Source: an uncultured Acidobacteriota bacterium (GTDB lineage Bacteria > Actinomycetota > Acidimicrobiia > Spongiisociales > ZC4RG35). Taken from it: DNA of 64,000 nucleotides. The notes beneath the pieces were generated by a model. It was not told the origin of the DNA. It saw nothing but the letters and a program-made list of their open reading frames with translations, and did no database searches. The position numbers were made by a program, and so were the translations under genes. Location: positions 484,419-548,418 of the forward strand of contig CAVVCY010000003.1 of the NCBI GenBank assembly GCA_963746905.1, given 5' to 3'. This document shows, piece by piece, positions 49,594 through 60,061 of the stretch (position 1 is its first letter; each line of letters begins with the position of its first letter).

Positions 49594-50442
49594 CTAGGCG
49601 GACGACTTGCCCCTGAGCAGCTCGGCTGCGACTTCGTCCGACACGTGATAGCTCTCCTCCTCGCCGGGGAAGGCGCCGGACTGGATGTCGGCAGCGAAGC
49701 GCTTCAATGCCTCGATCGACTCCTCGCCGACGTTCGCGTAGCTTCGGACAAACTTGGCACGGTGGCCGAGGCCAATCCCGAGGACGTCGTGATATACGAG
49801 GACCTGGCCGTCGGTGTTGGGGCCGGCGCCGATCCCGATCGTCGGGACGTCGACCTCCTTGGTGATCAGCTCACCGAGGACACCGGGGACGCCTTCGAGA
49901 ACGATCGAGAAGCAACCCGCTTCGGCGAGTGCTCGAGCATCTTCGATCATCTCCCTGGCGGCGTCGACGACCTTTCCCTGCACTTTGAAACCACCCATCG
50001 CATTCACTGATTGCGGGGTGAGCCCGAGATGGCCCATCACAGGGATCTCCGCATCAAGGATGCGCTCGATGGCGGGAACCCGCTTACGCCCGCCCTCCAG
50101 CTTCACCGCCTCGGCTCCGCCCTCCTGGACGATCCGGCCCGCATTGCGAACGGCGTCCTCAGGTGAGATGTGAAAGCTCAACCAGGGCATATCGACCACG
50201 AAGAGGGCCGAAACCTGGGCTCGTTTCACGGCCCGGGCATGCACGATCATCTCGTCGAGGCCGATCTCGAGGGTGGTGCCCATGCCATGGACCACATTGG
50301 CCACCGAGTCACCGACCAGGATGATGTCCATTCCGGCACGATCGGCGATCACGGCCGACGGGTAGTCGTAGGCGGTCACCATCGTGATCTTGGGGCCACC
50401 CTTGCGGGCCCGAATATCAGGAACCGTCGTCTTCTTGGTCAT
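49594..50442 (-). CDS. panB: 3-methyl-2-oxobutanoate hydroxymethyltransferase (ketopantoate hydroxymethyltransferase)
   Basis: From the ATG at 50442: MTKKTTVPDIRARKGGPKITMVTAYDYPSA...; 283 aa; canonical PanB. Confidence 0.9.
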   Translation of the reverse strand: MTKKTTVPDIRARKGGPKITMVTAYDYPSAVIADRAGMDIILVGDSVANVVHGMGTTLEIGLDEMIVHARAVKRAQVSALFVVDMPWLSFHISPEDAVRNAGRIVQEGGAEAVKLEGGRKRVPAIERILDAEIPVMGHLGLTPQSVNAMGGFKVQGKVVDAAREMIEDARALAEAGCFSIVLEGVPGVLGELITKEVDVPTIGIGAGPNTDGQVLVYHDVLGIGLGHRAKFVRSYANVGEESIEALKRFAADIQSGAFPGEEESYHVSDEVAAELLRGKSSA

Positions 50443-50488
50443 GGGTAAAGGGTAGTTGGTGCTTGGTATTCGGTACCTGGCCGGTCGG

Positions 50489-51265
50489 TCAGGAGGACCG
50501 AGCGCTGACGGCTGCTCGCACCCACTCGATATCAGCCGTGTGCTCCGCAGCTCCGCCCGGGGTCTCCACAACCACCGGGGCATCGGCCTGGGCGATCACC
50601 AGGGCCAAGTCCTCGGATGGGATCTGGCCCAATCCCAGGTTCTCGTGGCGGTCGCGCCGAGAGTCGAATGGGTCCTTGGAATCGTTGGCGTGCACCAGGT
50701 CGATTCGACCGGTCGCCTCCATAACTCTCGGCACCAACTCGTCGAATGGCTCCCCTCCGGCCCACACATGACAGGTGTCGAGGACGAAGCCCACGCCAAA
50801 TTCAGCCACCTCGTCGAAGAGCCGGGCAATCCACTCCACACGCCTGGCCACCGCCTTGTCCCCTCCTGCCGTGTTCTCGATCAGGACCGGGACCTTGCTG
50901 TCCAGTGGTTCCAGCGCCTTTCGCCAACGAAGGATCCCTTCTTCCTGAGGCCCATCGCCGGTCACGTGACCGCCATGGACCACCACCCCGGCGGCTGCGA
51001 TCTCGGCCGCCGCGTCGCAGGTCTCCTGGAGGATCCGCCTCGAGGGCACTCTGATCTTGTTGTTGTCGGCGCAGACGTTGATCAAATAGGGAGAGTGGAC
51101 ATAGATCGGGATCGGCGATGCCCTCAGTTCGGCCGCGTCGGGCCTGGGGAGAGGCTTCTTCCAACCTTGCGGATCGGATAGGAAGATCTGGACCAGGTCG
51201 GCGCCGCGTTCCCGAGCCTCCTCGATGGGGCGACCGGAGTCCACGTGGGCGCCGACTGCCCTCAA
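50489..51265 (-). CDS. nfo: Endonuclease IV-family (Nfo-like, xylose-isomerase-like TIM barrel) AP endonuclease
   Basis: MRAVGAHVDSG... aligns to the E. coli Nfo N-terminus MKFVGAHVS. HSPYLINV, VLIENTAGG, LDTCHVWAGG and HANDSK metal-ligand blocks are present. Confidence 0.75.
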   Translation of the reverse strand: MRAVGAHVDSGRPIEEARERGADLVQIFLSDPQGWKKPLPRPDAAELRASPIPIYVHSPYLINVCADNNKIRVPSRRILQETCDAAAEIAAAGVVVHGGHVTGDGPQEEGILRWRKALEPLDSKVPVLIENTAGGDKAVARRVEWIARLFDEVAEFGVGFVLDTCHVWAGGEPFDELVPRVMEATGRIDLVHANDSKDPFDSRRDRHENLGLGQIPSEDLALVIAQADAPVVVETPGGAAEHTADIEWVRAAVSARSS

Positions 51266-51849
51266 GACGGCTCCCAGAGCCCTGCCACCCTGGCCCGCTC
51301 CGCCCGGCGTGCGGCGTCCACCGCGTACTCACCAATCAGCCTGGCCGCCTCCTTGGGTGTGACCGCCCAATCCTGGGCGAGGATCCCCAACACCCGAGTC
51401 TCCATCCAACGAGCGCCCCAGGGGTGGGGAGGCAGCGATCCCCTTTCCAGGACCTTGATTCTCAAGAGGAGCAGGAGCTCACCTTCGTCTTCGATCTCGC
51501 CTGCATCGACGTCGACCAGGTTTCCCCACGGTATGACATCGTGCGAGCGGAACGGGCCACGCAATTTCAGAGCCAGGCCCTCATCACGGCACTCGACCAC
51601 CCTGGTGGGCACAAACAGCTCCTTTAGGCCCCAGATCACCAGGAAACCTGCGAACAACAACAGCGCCCAGGCATAAATGACATCACGCGGCTCATAGATC
51701 TGGGTGTCTGCCGGAGTGAACAACAACTCCCTGAGCCAGTTCGTGATTCGGCGATTGGTCAAAACGTCGATGGCGATGACCAGCAGCGGCACGGCGCCAA
51801 TGGCCATCAACCACATCCTGACTGCCGAGCGCTGCACCACGACTTTCAC
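51262..51849 (-). CDS. Hypothetical membrane protein
   Basis: 195 aa, two N-terminal TM helices, 4-nt overlap with nfo and pyrE. No recognised domain. Confidence 0.55.
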   Translation of the reverse strand: MKVVVQRSAVRMWLMAIGAVPLLVIAIDVLTNRRITNWLRELLFTPADTQIYEPRDVIYAWALLLFAGFLVIWGLKELFVPTRVVECRDEGLALKLRGPFRSHDVIPWGNLVDVDAGEIEDEGELLLLLRIKVLERGSLPPHPWGARWMETRVLGILAQDWAVTPKEAARLIGEYAVDAARRAERARVAGLWEPS

Positions 51850-52391
51850 TCGTCGACTCCGAGATCCGAAGGAGTGACCAGGGCGATGTATGGAATGCCT
51901 CTGGCGGCGAAGGCCTCTTCCGCCCGGCCGTTGGAACGATCGACCAGCGCGACCGCCTGGACCACCTCGAGGCCCTCGGCCTCCGCGACGACAGTCGCTT
52001 CCAATGCGGCGCTCCCGGTGGTGGTGGTGTCCTCGAGGATCACAACCCTGGCTCCCGAAGCCACGGGGCCCACTACCCGACCCCCGGTGCCATGATCCTT
52101 TAGCTCCTTGCGGATCGAAAAGGCGCTCAGATCACGCCCATCACGTGCGGCCGCCATCGCCGTGGCCACAGCGATTGGGTCGGCACCCATGGTCATCCCT
52201 CCGATCGCCCGGGCGGTCGGATCGACGACCTCGAGCATCGCAGTCCCGACCAGCCAGGCGCCCTCCCCGCTAAATGTCGTCTGGCGGGCATCGAGATACC
52301 AGGAGGTGACGGCACCGGAACGCAGGGTGAAAGGTCCATCGGTGCGAAGGGCGTAAGTCCGGAGATGCTCGATGAGGGATTCGCCAGCCAC
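51846..52391 (-). CDS. pyrE: Orotate phosphoribosyltransferase
   Basis: 181 aa, PRPP-binding motif VVILEDTTTTGSA. Confidence 0.9.
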   Translation of the reverse strand: MAGESLIEHLRTYALRTDGPFTLRSGAVTSWYLDARQTTFSGEGAWLVGTAMLEVVDPTARAIGGMTMGADPIAVATAMAAARDGRDLSAFSIRKELKDHGTGGRVVGPVASGARVVILEDTTTTGSAALEATVVAEAEGLEVVQAVALVDRSNGRAEEAFAARGIPYIALVTPSDLGVDE

Positions 52392-52464
52392 CCTCTCATG
52401 GTATTGGGCCAGAACCGGTACCGGTCGTTCGCCGGTAGCCGGCGCCGGGTCTAGGTTTCATCCA

Positions 52465-53151
52465 ATGGATCTCTTCCTCGTCCGTCACGGCCAGCCGGAC
52501 TGGGCGCCGGATCGTGTGGCACGCAACGACCCGAACCTCACCGAGCTCGGCCATGAGCAGGCCCGCCGCGTTGCGCATCGCCTGGCCAGTCTCGACCGAT
52601 TCGACGAAGTGTGGGTGTCATCGATGAACCGGGCGGTCCAGACTTCCGATCCGATCGCGACCGATCTCGGTGCCCGACCCGAGATCTACGACTGGCTCCA
52701 GGAGATCAACAACCCCCCGGAGTGGGACGGGTCCCCGGTGGACGAGATCGACAAGGCGCTCCGCGACTCCAACCTGCGTTCGATGGACGAGATGTGGGAT
52801 GGGCTGCCCGGAGGTGAGACGTTTCGGGCGTTTCACCAACGAGTGGTGTCAGGGCTCCAACACACCCTGGATCACCACGGCATCCACCCGATGCAAGAGG
52901 AGCATCGGCATCTCTGGGCGGTCGACGACCCCGATCGGAGGGTCCTCATCGTGGCCCATGCCGGGACCAACGCGGTGGTCCTCGGTCACCTGCTCGGCCT
53001 GGAGCCGGTGCCATGGGAATGGGAGCGGTTCCGCCAGCCCCACACCGGGGTCTCCCGGTTGACCATGACCCGTATCAGCACCGGATGGGCCTTCTCCCTC
53101 CGTCAACTCGGTGACATCACCCATCTCCACCCGGGGATGGTCACCGCCTGA
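52465..53151 (+). CDS. Histidine-phosphatase (phosphoglycerate-mutase-like) family protein
   Basis: From the ATG at 52465: MDLFLVRHGQPDW... (RHG catalytic motif), downstream ...IVAHAGTN... Confidence 0.75.
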   Translation: MDLFLVRHGQPDWAPDRVARNDPNLTELGHEQARRVAHRLASLDRFDEVWVSSMNRAVQTSDPIATDLGARPEIYDWLQEINNPPEWDGSPVDEIDKALRDSNLRSMDEMWDGLPGGETFRAFHQRVVSGLQHTLDHHGIHPMQEEHRHLWAVDDPDRRVLIVAHAGTNAVVLGHLLGLEPVPWEWERFRQPHTGVSRLTMTRISTGWAFSLRQLGDITHLHPGMVTA

Positions 53152-53174
53152 TTTCCCGGGAAAGCTGGACGTGT

Positions 53175-54746
53175 ATGTTCAGCGACCAGCTCGAAAGGAC
53201 GGCAGCCATGGCAGACAAACCGAACATTCTGGTCATCTGGGGTGACGACATCGGGATCACCAACCTGAGTTGTTACAGCGACGGCTTGATGGGCTATCGA
53301 ACCCCCAACATCGACCGGATTGCCGACGAGGGAATGCGCTTCACCGATTCCTACGGGGAGCAGAGTTGCACCGCCGGGCGCTCCTCCTTCATCACCGGGC
53401 AAAGCGTCTACCGGACTGGTCTGAGCAAGGTTGGCGTGCCCGGAGCGCCGGTCGGTCTCAGCGCCGAGGATCCGACCATCGCCGAACTGCTCAAGCCGCT
53501 TGGCTACGCCACCGCCCAGTTCGGAAAGAACCACCTCGGTGATCGCAACGAGTTCCTGCCCACCGCCCACGGGTTCGACGAGTTCTTCGGGAACCTCTAC
53601 CACCTCAACGCCGAAGAGGAGCCGGAGCGACCCAATTGGCCACCGCCAGAGGACTTCCCCAAGTTCAACGAGATGTTTCGCCCGCGGGGCGTCATGCACT
53701 CCTGGGCAACCGATGAGGACGACCCAACGGAGGAAGGCCGCTATGGCCGGGTCGGCAGGCAGCGGATCGAAGACACCGGCCCGCTCACCAAGAAGCGGAT
53801 GGAAACCTGTGACGACGAGTTCGTCGCCGCTGCCAGCGAGTGGATCAAGGCACAGCAGGCTTCGGACACTCCGTTCTTTTGCTGGGTGAACACCACGCAC
53901 ATGCATGCCTTCACCCACCCCAAGCCGGAGAGCGTCGGCCAGGCCGGACGTTGGCAGTCGGAGTATCACGACACGATGATCGATCACGACAAGAACGTGG
54001 GGCAGTTGCTCGACCTCCTCGACGAACTCGGGATCGCCGAAGACACCATCGTCATCTACTCCACTGACAATGGCCCTCACATGAACAGCTGGCCGGATGC
54101 GGGGATGACCCCCTTCCGAAACGAGAAGAACTCCAACTGGGAAGGCGCGTTTCGGGTGCCGCAGGTGATCCGTTGGCCGGGAAAGGTCGAGGCGGGCACG
54201 GTCTCCAACGAGATCATCCAGCATCACGATTGGCTGCCGACTTTCCTGGCGGCGGCCGGCGAGCCAGACATCGTCGACAAACTGAAGGCCGGACACACCA
54301 TCGGGGACAAGACCTACAAAGTCCACATCGACGGGTTCAACTTCCTGCCCTACCTCACCGGAGAGAGCGAGAAGGGACCGCGACCAGGCCTGGTGTATTT
54401 CTCCGACGACGGGGACGTGCTGGCACTCCGCTTCGACAACTGGAAGGTCGTGTTCATGGAGCAAAGGGTCCCAGGCACATTGCAGATCTGGGCCGACCCC
54501 TTTGTCCCACTCCGGGTCCCCAAGCTCTACAACCTCAGAACCGATCCCTACGAACGGGCAGACATCACTTCCAACACCTACTACGAGTGGATGATGGAGA
54601 ACGTCTACCTGCTGTTGGCGGGGACGACATTGGTCGCTCAGTTCCTGGAGAGTTTCAAGGAGTTCCCGCCCCGCCAGAAGGCGGCCAGTTTCACTATCGA
54701 CCAGGTCATGGAGAAGCTGGAGGCGGCCCTCACCACGGGTCACTGA
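53175..54746 (+). CDS. Arylsulfatase (type I sulfatase, formylglycine-dependent), apparently cytoplasmic
   Basis: NILVIWGDDIG, signature C-T-A-G-R-S-S-F-I-T-G (CxAxR variant of CxPxR), GKNHLGD. No signal peptide. The long antisense ORF 53103..54743 is spurious. Confidence 0.85.
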   Translation: MFSDQLERTAAMADKPNILVIWGDDIGITNLSCYSDGLMGYRTPNIDRIADEGMRFTDSYGEQSCTAGRSSFITGQSVYRTGLSKVGVPGAPVGLSAEDPTIAELLKPLGYATAQFGKNHLGDRNEFLPTAHGFDEFFGNLYHLNAEEEPERPNWPPPEDFPKFNEMFRPRGVMHSWATDEDDPTEEGRYGRVGRQRIEDTGPLTKKRMETCDDEFVAAASEWIKAQQASDTPFFCWVNTTHMHAFTHPKPESVGQAGRWQSEYHDTMIDHDKNVGQLLDLLDELGIAEDTIVIYSTDNGPHMNSWPDAGMTPFRNEKNSNWEGAFRVPQVIRWPGKVEAGTVSNEIIQHHDWLPTFLAAAGEPDIVDKLKAGHTIGDKTYKVHIDGFNFLPYLTGESEKGPRPGLVYFSDDGDVLALRFDNWKVVFMEQRVPGTLQIWADPFVPLRVPKLYNLRTDPYERADITSNTYYEWMMENVYLLLAGTTLVAQFLESFKEFPPRQKAASFTIDQVMEKLEAALTTGH

Positions 54747-54763
54747 CAGGGGTCAGGCCACGT

Positions 54764-55534
54764 CTACTTTCCGAAGCGGCGGTCACGACTGGTGAAGTCG
54801 CGGAGAGCTCGCAGGAAGTCGACGCGACGGAACGCGGGCCAGTTGACGTCGACGAATACGAACTCTGCATAAGCGGACTGCCACAGGAGGAACCCCGAGA
54901 GGCGGGACTCGCCCGAAGTCCGGATCAGGAGATCGGGGTCCGGCAGGTCGGCGGAGTACATGTGGGCGGCGAGGGCGTCCGAGTCGATGTAGGAAGTGAC
55001 GTCTTCTGGCGGGACCCCGTCGGAGAGCAACTCGGACACCAGGTCTTTTGCGGCGTCGACAATCTCTTGGCGACCGCCGTACCCCATGGCCACATTGAGA
55101 CGACGCGATCCCCTGGGGTGGGCCTCTTCGGCGGACTTGGCCGCCGACACCAGCTGATCGGGGAGCAGGTCGAGGCTTCCGATGAACTTGATCGCCATGT
55201 CGTACTTCTCACAGAGGGCGGGCAGGCGGTCGAAGAGCTCGATGAGCACCTCGAAATAGGGTTCGAGCTCATCCTCTGGACGGCTGCTGATGTTCTCCTT
55301 GGAAAGTACCCAGGCGGTGACGGCCGGTATCTCCAGTTCATGGGCCCAGCCGAGGAACTCCTCGAACCGGCGCATCCCCACCCGATAGGACTCGGTGTAG
55401 GAAGGGAGCTTCTCCTCACGTGCATGGCGCCGGTGACCGTCGAGGACGATGCCGATGTGCCGGGGCAAACGGCCCTTGTCGAGCCCGTTGAGCAGATTTC
55501 GCTCATAGATGCGGTAGAGAAGACTCAGAGCCAT
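54764..55534 (-). CDS. uppS: Isoprenyl (cis-prenyl) transferase, undecaprenyl-diphosphate synthase family
   Basis: HIGIVLDGHRRHA, ...FLLWQSAYAEFVF..., C-terminal RDRRFG(K). Confidence 0.9.
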   Translation of the reverse strand: MALSLLYRIYERNLLNGLDKGRLPRHIGIVLDGHRRHAREEKLPSYTESYRVGMRRFEEFLGWAHELEIPAVTAWVLSKENISSRPEDELEPYFEVLIELFDRLPALCEKYDMAIKFIGSLDLLPDQLVSAAKSAEEAHPRGSRRLNVAMGYGGRQEIVDAAKDLVSELLSDGVPPEDVTSYIDSDALAAHMYSADLPDPDLLIRTSGESRLSGFLLWQSAYAEFVFVDVNWPAFRRVDFLRALRDFTSRDRRFGK

Positions 55535-55626
55535 TGCGGCTACAGATGCTACCGGCGCGGCGGAGCACGACCAGAGTCGGCCGCCCTACCTGTTGTCGCT
55601 GGGCGCCAATAACCTGTTGGTCACAC

Positions 55627-56289
55627 ATGGAGCGACTCACCCTCGGCCGCATGCAGAACCCAATCCGTGGCTTCCTCCACGGGTCGGCGGCGATCGCCGC
55701 CGTTGTCGGGCTCTTCGTGCTGCTCAACCAGGCCTGGGGAAACACTGCGGCTGCAGTCGGGTCCCTGGTCTTTGGCCTCGCGATGCTCGCCATGTACACC
55801 GTCTCCTCCCTCTATCACTCCGTCCCCTGGAGCTCGGAGTGGAAGGTGCGTCTGCAACGGGTAGACCACTCGATGATCTTTCTCCTCGTGGCGGGGACTT
55901 TCACCCCGATCGCCATCGCCACCATCGACGGGGTCGCCCTGGTGATCGTCCTCTGCCTGCTGTGGACTACAGCGGTGACCGGCATCATCCTCAAGGTGTT
56001 CCTTCCCAACGTGAAGACCTCCCTCTCGGTCACACTGCAGTTGGTGATGGGATGGTCGGCCTTGATCCTGATGCCCTGGGTGCTGAGCCGCCTTGGCGTC
56101 GGTGCGGTTGTCCTCATCGCACTCGGCGGGCTCTGCTACACGGTCGGAGCTGTCGTCTTCATGTCGAAGCGCCCCAGACTGTTTCCGAAGACGTTCTCCT
56201 ATCACGAGCTGTTCCATGTGCTCGTGATCGCCGGCACGGCATTCCATTTCCTCGCGGTGTACTGGTACGCCATCCCGGCGACGGTCTAA
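55627..56289 (+). CDS. Hemolysin III (PAQR/HlyIII) family channel protein
   Basis: From the ATG at 55627: MERLTLGRMQNPIRGFLHGSAAIAAVVG...; 7 TM; YHSVPW...RVDHSMIF...HELFHVLV motifs. Confidence 0.8.
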   Translation: MERLTLGRMQNPIRGFLHGSAAIAAVVGLFVLLNQAWGNTAAAVGSLVFGLAMLAMYTVSSLYHSVPWSSEWKVRLQRVDHSMIFLLVAGTFTPIAIATIDGVALVIVLCLLWTTAVTGIILKVFLPNVKTSLSVTLQLVMGWSALILMPWVLSRLGVGAVVLIALGGLCYTVGAVVFMSKRPRLFPKTFSYHELFHVLVIAGTAFHFLAVYWYAIPATV

Positions 56290-57738
56290 GCCAGCGGGAG
56301 CATCGACTCCTCGGCGCAGAGAGCCTCCACTTCTTCCCAGTCGGTGGGCACCGCCGAGGTCAGATTGTCGTGGCCCTGGTCGGTGATGACCACGTCGTCC
56401 TCGATCCTTATTCCGATCCCGAGGAAAGCTTCCGGCACCTTGTGCTTGATCTTCTCTGCATCGTCCCGCGCCTTCTGCTCAGCGGCCATCGCGGCCGACC
56501 TGCCCTCGAGAGTCCTCCGCAGCGCCCACTCGTCGAGGTCGTATTCGAGGAGGCTGAGCTCGATCTCGGCCTTGTGCGGGGCGACGTAGAGGCCGGGCTC
56601 GACCGTGAAGGCCATCCCCGGCTCCAGCTTGCGGGACACCCCGTCGATTCGATAGGAGCCGGCGTCGTGGACATCGAGACCGAGCCAATGGCCGGTCCCA
56701 TGGAAGTAGAACTGGTTGTAGTGGTGCATGGCCAGGCTCTCGTCAACCGACTTCGGGAGCAGGCCCAACTCGACCATGCCCTCGGTCAGGATCCGGGTGG
56801 CGGCGTCATGGATGGAGCGCATGCTCGACCCGGGCGTCGACATCTCGAGGCCGAGGCGCTGAGCGGCAAGCACCACCTCGTAGATGGCCTTCTGTGGGCC
56901 GCTGAACTTCCCGTTGGCGGGGAAGGTCCGGGTGATGTCTGATGAGTAGCCCTCGAATTCGGCCGCGGCGTCGATCAGACACCAGGTCGCCGTCTTCGAT
57001 CAGGCGCTCGTTCTCGACATAGTGGAGGACACAGGCATTCGCTCCCGAGGCGACGATCGATGGGTAGCCGTTGTGTCTCGACCCACCCGTCCGCCAGAAG
57101 TACTCCAGGGCTGCCTGCACCTGGTACTCGTAAATCCCCGGCCTCGCGAAGCGCATCGCCTCAATGTGGCCCCTAGCCGTCAGCTCGCAGGCGCGGCGCA
57201 AGCTGGCAATCTCGTCCTCGGTCTTGAATAGCCTCATCTCGCCAAGGACGACCGAAAGGTCGCGCACCGCGGAGGGCACCGATCCCCCGTAGCGAGATCG
57301 ATGGTCGCGAGCCTTCTCCACGAGTCGGTCGATTCGAGAGTCGTGGTGCTCGTTCCCGGTCTCATACCACAGGGCCTCACGACCGATCATGAGTCGGGTG
57401 ACCACCTCGTCGAGCTCGCCCAGCTCATAGGCGGCGTCCACTCCGAACCTCTCCTTGGCCCCGTCGACCCCTGCCCGGTAACCGTTCCAGGCCTCCATCT
57501 CGGGATCTCGGGCTCTCACGAAGAGGGTGTAGTCCCCATCGGAGTGGCCAGGAGTGATCACTGCCACCGCCTCGGGCTCCGGAAACCCGGTCAGATAGAG
57601 GAAATCGGGGTCCTGATGGAAGTCGAACGACGTGTCATAGCTGCGAGTCACCTCGACGGCAGCGGGGATCACAGCGATCCCGTCGCCACCAATGATCTCT
57701 GCCAGACGAAGGCGACGCGCTGCAAAGCGATCAGACAT
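56286..57738 (-). pseudogene. Xaa-Pro aminopeptidase (M24B, PepP-like), frame broken by a 1-nt insertion near 56974-56982; possibly a sequencing artifact
   Basis: ORF 56806..57738 encodes the N-terminal domain and the start of the pita-bread domain through ...ENERLIEDGDLV, then nonsense. The other frame continues LIDAAAEFEGYSSDITRTFPANGKFSGPQKAIYEVVLAAQRL...HGTGHWLGLDVHD... into ORF 56286..56876. Deleting one nt in ctggtgTctgatc restores DLVLIDAAAE. Confidence 0.8.
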
Positions 57739-57757
57739 GCGTCAGACGGTAGTTCGC

Positions 57758-58690
57758 CTAGGAGCCCACGTACTCCAGGTCCACCACCAGGGGGAAGTGG
57801 TCAGAGCCGAGGTTTGGCCCCAGCCTGCGGTCCCTGATCCTGAGCGCGTCGCTATGGAGGAGATGGTCGATCGGCACCCTCAGAACGGCGAAAGAGGTCG
57901 CCGAGAACGAAGGTTGCAATCCGAAGCCGATCTGCGAGTTCCGCAGTCGGCCCTCTGAGACCAAATTGCGAAACGGCCATGACCAGGGAGTTGCGTTGAG
58001 ATCCCCGACCACGAAGTAGGCGTCCGACTGCTTAGCCGCCCAACTCGCAGCAAAGTCAAGCTGGGCGTCACGGAGCCCGGCGCGCTCCTCGGTGGTCGGA
58101 GCCAGAGTGTGGCTGGAGAGGACTTGGACCGAGACCGGCCAGCCATCGGGCTGATAGTTGAGAGCGATCGCACGGGGCTGAGCCTCGGCGAAGCCATGGG
58201 AAACGGCTTCGACCTCATCGCGCGCCAGGACCACCGTGCCGAAGATGAGATTGTCGGACCGGGCCCTGATGATCTCGTAGTCGAGGTCCGCCGCCTCCAG
58301 GGCGACCTCCCAAGGCCGGCTCGCCTCGTGCAGAAAAACGAGATCGGCGTCCACGGACTCGATGTAGTCAATGACCTCGTTGTAGTTCTCGTTGGTCGAA
58401 AGCAGGTTGAAGCTCAACACGACGAGATGGGGGGCGGAAGGATCCGACTTCCCCGGTGAGCCGAAGTAGAGAGGTGCCACGAACGCCAGGTTCACCAGGC
58501 AAACAGCGAGGATCGCGCTCCCGCTCTTCTTCCACCGTGACAGGACGACGATCCCGCCCAGAATCGCAAGCAACACGACGTATTGGGCACGAAAATTGGC
58601 CAGCACGTCCAGCCACCAGACCCACCTCCCCCCGAACGAGGCGAGACTGGCCACGGCTATCACCGCCGCCGGGAGGATGACGAGGATCAC
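57758..58690 (-). CDS. Endonuclease/exonuclease/phosphatase (EEP) family protein with N-terminal TM helices
   Basis: Three N-terminal TM segments, then the EEP fold (...LVVLSFNLL...FLHEA...GDLNATPWS...SDHFPLVVDL). Confidence 0.75.
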   Translation of the reverse strand: MILVILPAAVIAVASLASFGGRWVWWLDVLANFRAQYVVLLAILGGIVVLSRWKKSGSAILAVCLVNLAFVAPLYFGSPGKSDPSAPHLVVLSFNLLSTNENYNEVIDYIESVDADLVFLHEASRPWEVALEAADLDYEIIRARSDNLIFGTVVLARDEVEAVSHGFAEAQPRAIALNYQPDGWPVSVQVLSSHTLAPTTEERAGLRDAQLDFAASWAAKQSDAYFVVGDLNATPWSWPFRNLVSEGRLRNSQIGFGLQPSFSATSFAVLRVPIDHLLHSDALRIRDRRLGPNLGSDHFPLVVDLEYVGS

Positions 58691-58696
58691 GGCGGT

Positions 58697-60061
58697 TCAG
58701 CCGGCGTCCGCGCCGATCCTGGACCGAATCGCCGCCACCTGCCGATTAACAGAGGCCGCCGTTCCCGAACCGGGAGACCGTTCGCCCGTGACCGACTTCT
58801 CAACGTCGACCACCGCGAGATCGGCTTCCTCGAAGCCGTCATGGGCCGTCTTCAGATCATCGAAGGTGGCGTCGGTCAGGCTCCGCCCGGCGGTCTCGAG
58901 GGTAATGATCAGCCTGCCGACCGTCTTATGCGCCTCGCGGAAGGGGACGCCCCGCCGAACCAGGGCCTCGGCGAGGTCGAGGCTGGCAGTCACCCCCTCC
59001 GGCATCGGAGGATCGAACTCGATCTGCCCCAGCATCTCGGTCATCGCCAAGAGAGACGAGGCGAGGACATCGTCGGCATCGAACACCATCCTCTTGTCCT
59101 CCTGAAGGTCACGGTTGTAGGCGAGGGGAAGACCCTTCTGCAGGGTGATCACCGCGGCCAGATCGCCGGCGACCCGGGCGGACCGTCCTCGCACGAGTTC
59201 GGCGATATCCGGATTTCTCTTATGGGGTAGGGCGGACGATCCGGTGCTCACAGAATCGTCGAGCCGGCCCCAACCGAACTCGGTCGAGGTCCACAGCACG
59301 ATCTCCTCGGCGAGACGGGATAGGTCGACCATCGCCTGGGCACAACAGAAGACGTATTCCGCGACGTGATCCCTGGAGCCCACCGCATCGAGAGAATTCT
59401 CGAAGACATTGGCGAAACCCAGCAAGCTGGCGCTCTCTTCCGGATCGATTGCCAAGGAAGTTCCCGAAGAGGCGCCCGCGCCGAGCGGCGAGACGTCGAG
59501 CCTTGCCCGGCTCCCGGCAAAACGATCAACGCTTCTCAGAGCCATCCAGGCGTGGGCGAGCAGGTGGTGACCCAGGGTGCTCGGTTGGGCCTGTTGGAGA
59601 TGGGTGTAAGAGGGAACCGGAACCGCTGCGGTGGTCTCCGCGACCTCACAAAGTCGAAGAGCGAATGCATGGAGCTGTTCGATCCGCTGCGTCGCCGACC
59701 GCCGGAGATAGAGCCTCAGGTCGAGCGCAATCTGGTCGTTGCGGGAGCGGGCCGTGTGCAGCTTGCCGGCCACGGCGCCGATCAGTTCGCCCAGTCGACG
59801 CTCGACGGCGCTGTGCACGTCCTCGTCGGTTTCGGAAAACAGGAACTTTCCATGCTTCGCCTCGGCCCGGATCGTCTCCAGTCCGGCAACGATTTCTGTG
59901 GAATCCTCGGCTGAAATGACCCCTGTGGTGCCAAGCATGGTGACATGGGCAATTGATCCGTCCAGATCATCGAGCAGCAAGCGGCGGTCGCTGGGGTCGG
60001 TGGTGTAATCCCAAAGCACGGTCCCAGGGCCGCTCTCAAAGCGCCCTTCCCAGAGTGTCAT
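58697..60061 (-). CDS. argH: Argininosuccinate lyase
   Basis: [12 protein letters not shown]..., fumarate-lyase signature ...[11 protein letters not shown]...; 454 aa; 4-nt overlap with argG. Confidence 0.95.
   Translation of the reverse strand: MTLWEGRFESGPGTVLWDYTTDPSDRRLLLDDLDGSIAHVTMLGTTGVISAEDSTEIVAGLETIRAEAKHGKFLFSETDEDVHSAVERRLGELIGAVAGKLHTARSRNDQIALDLRLYLRRSATQRIEQLHAFALRLCEVAETTAAVPVPSYTHLQQAQPSTLGHHLLAHAWMALRSVDRFAGSRARLDVSPLGAGASSGTSLAIDPEESASLLGFANVFENSLDAVGSRDHVAEYVFCCAQAMVDLSRLAEEIVLWTSTEFGWGRLDDSVSTGSSALPHKRNPDIAELVRGRSARVAGDLAAVITLQKGLPLAYNRDLQEDKRMVFDADDVLASSLLAMTEMLGQIEFDPPMPEGVTASLDLAEALVRRGVPFREAHKTVGRLIITLETAGRSLTDATFDDLKTAHDGFEEADLAVVDVEKSVTGERSPGSGTAASVNRQVAAIRSRIGADAG

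Noticed and set aside
53103-54743. 546-aa ORF on the minus strand
   Set aside because: It is exactly antisense to the well-supported arylsulfatase gene. It is a low-complexity Gly/Val/Arg-rich translation typical of the non-coding strand in high-GC DNA.
55593-56942. 449-aa plus-strand ORF
   Set aside because: It overlaps both the HlyIII gene (other frame) and the pepP gene (antisense), and is Arg/Pro-rich nonsense.
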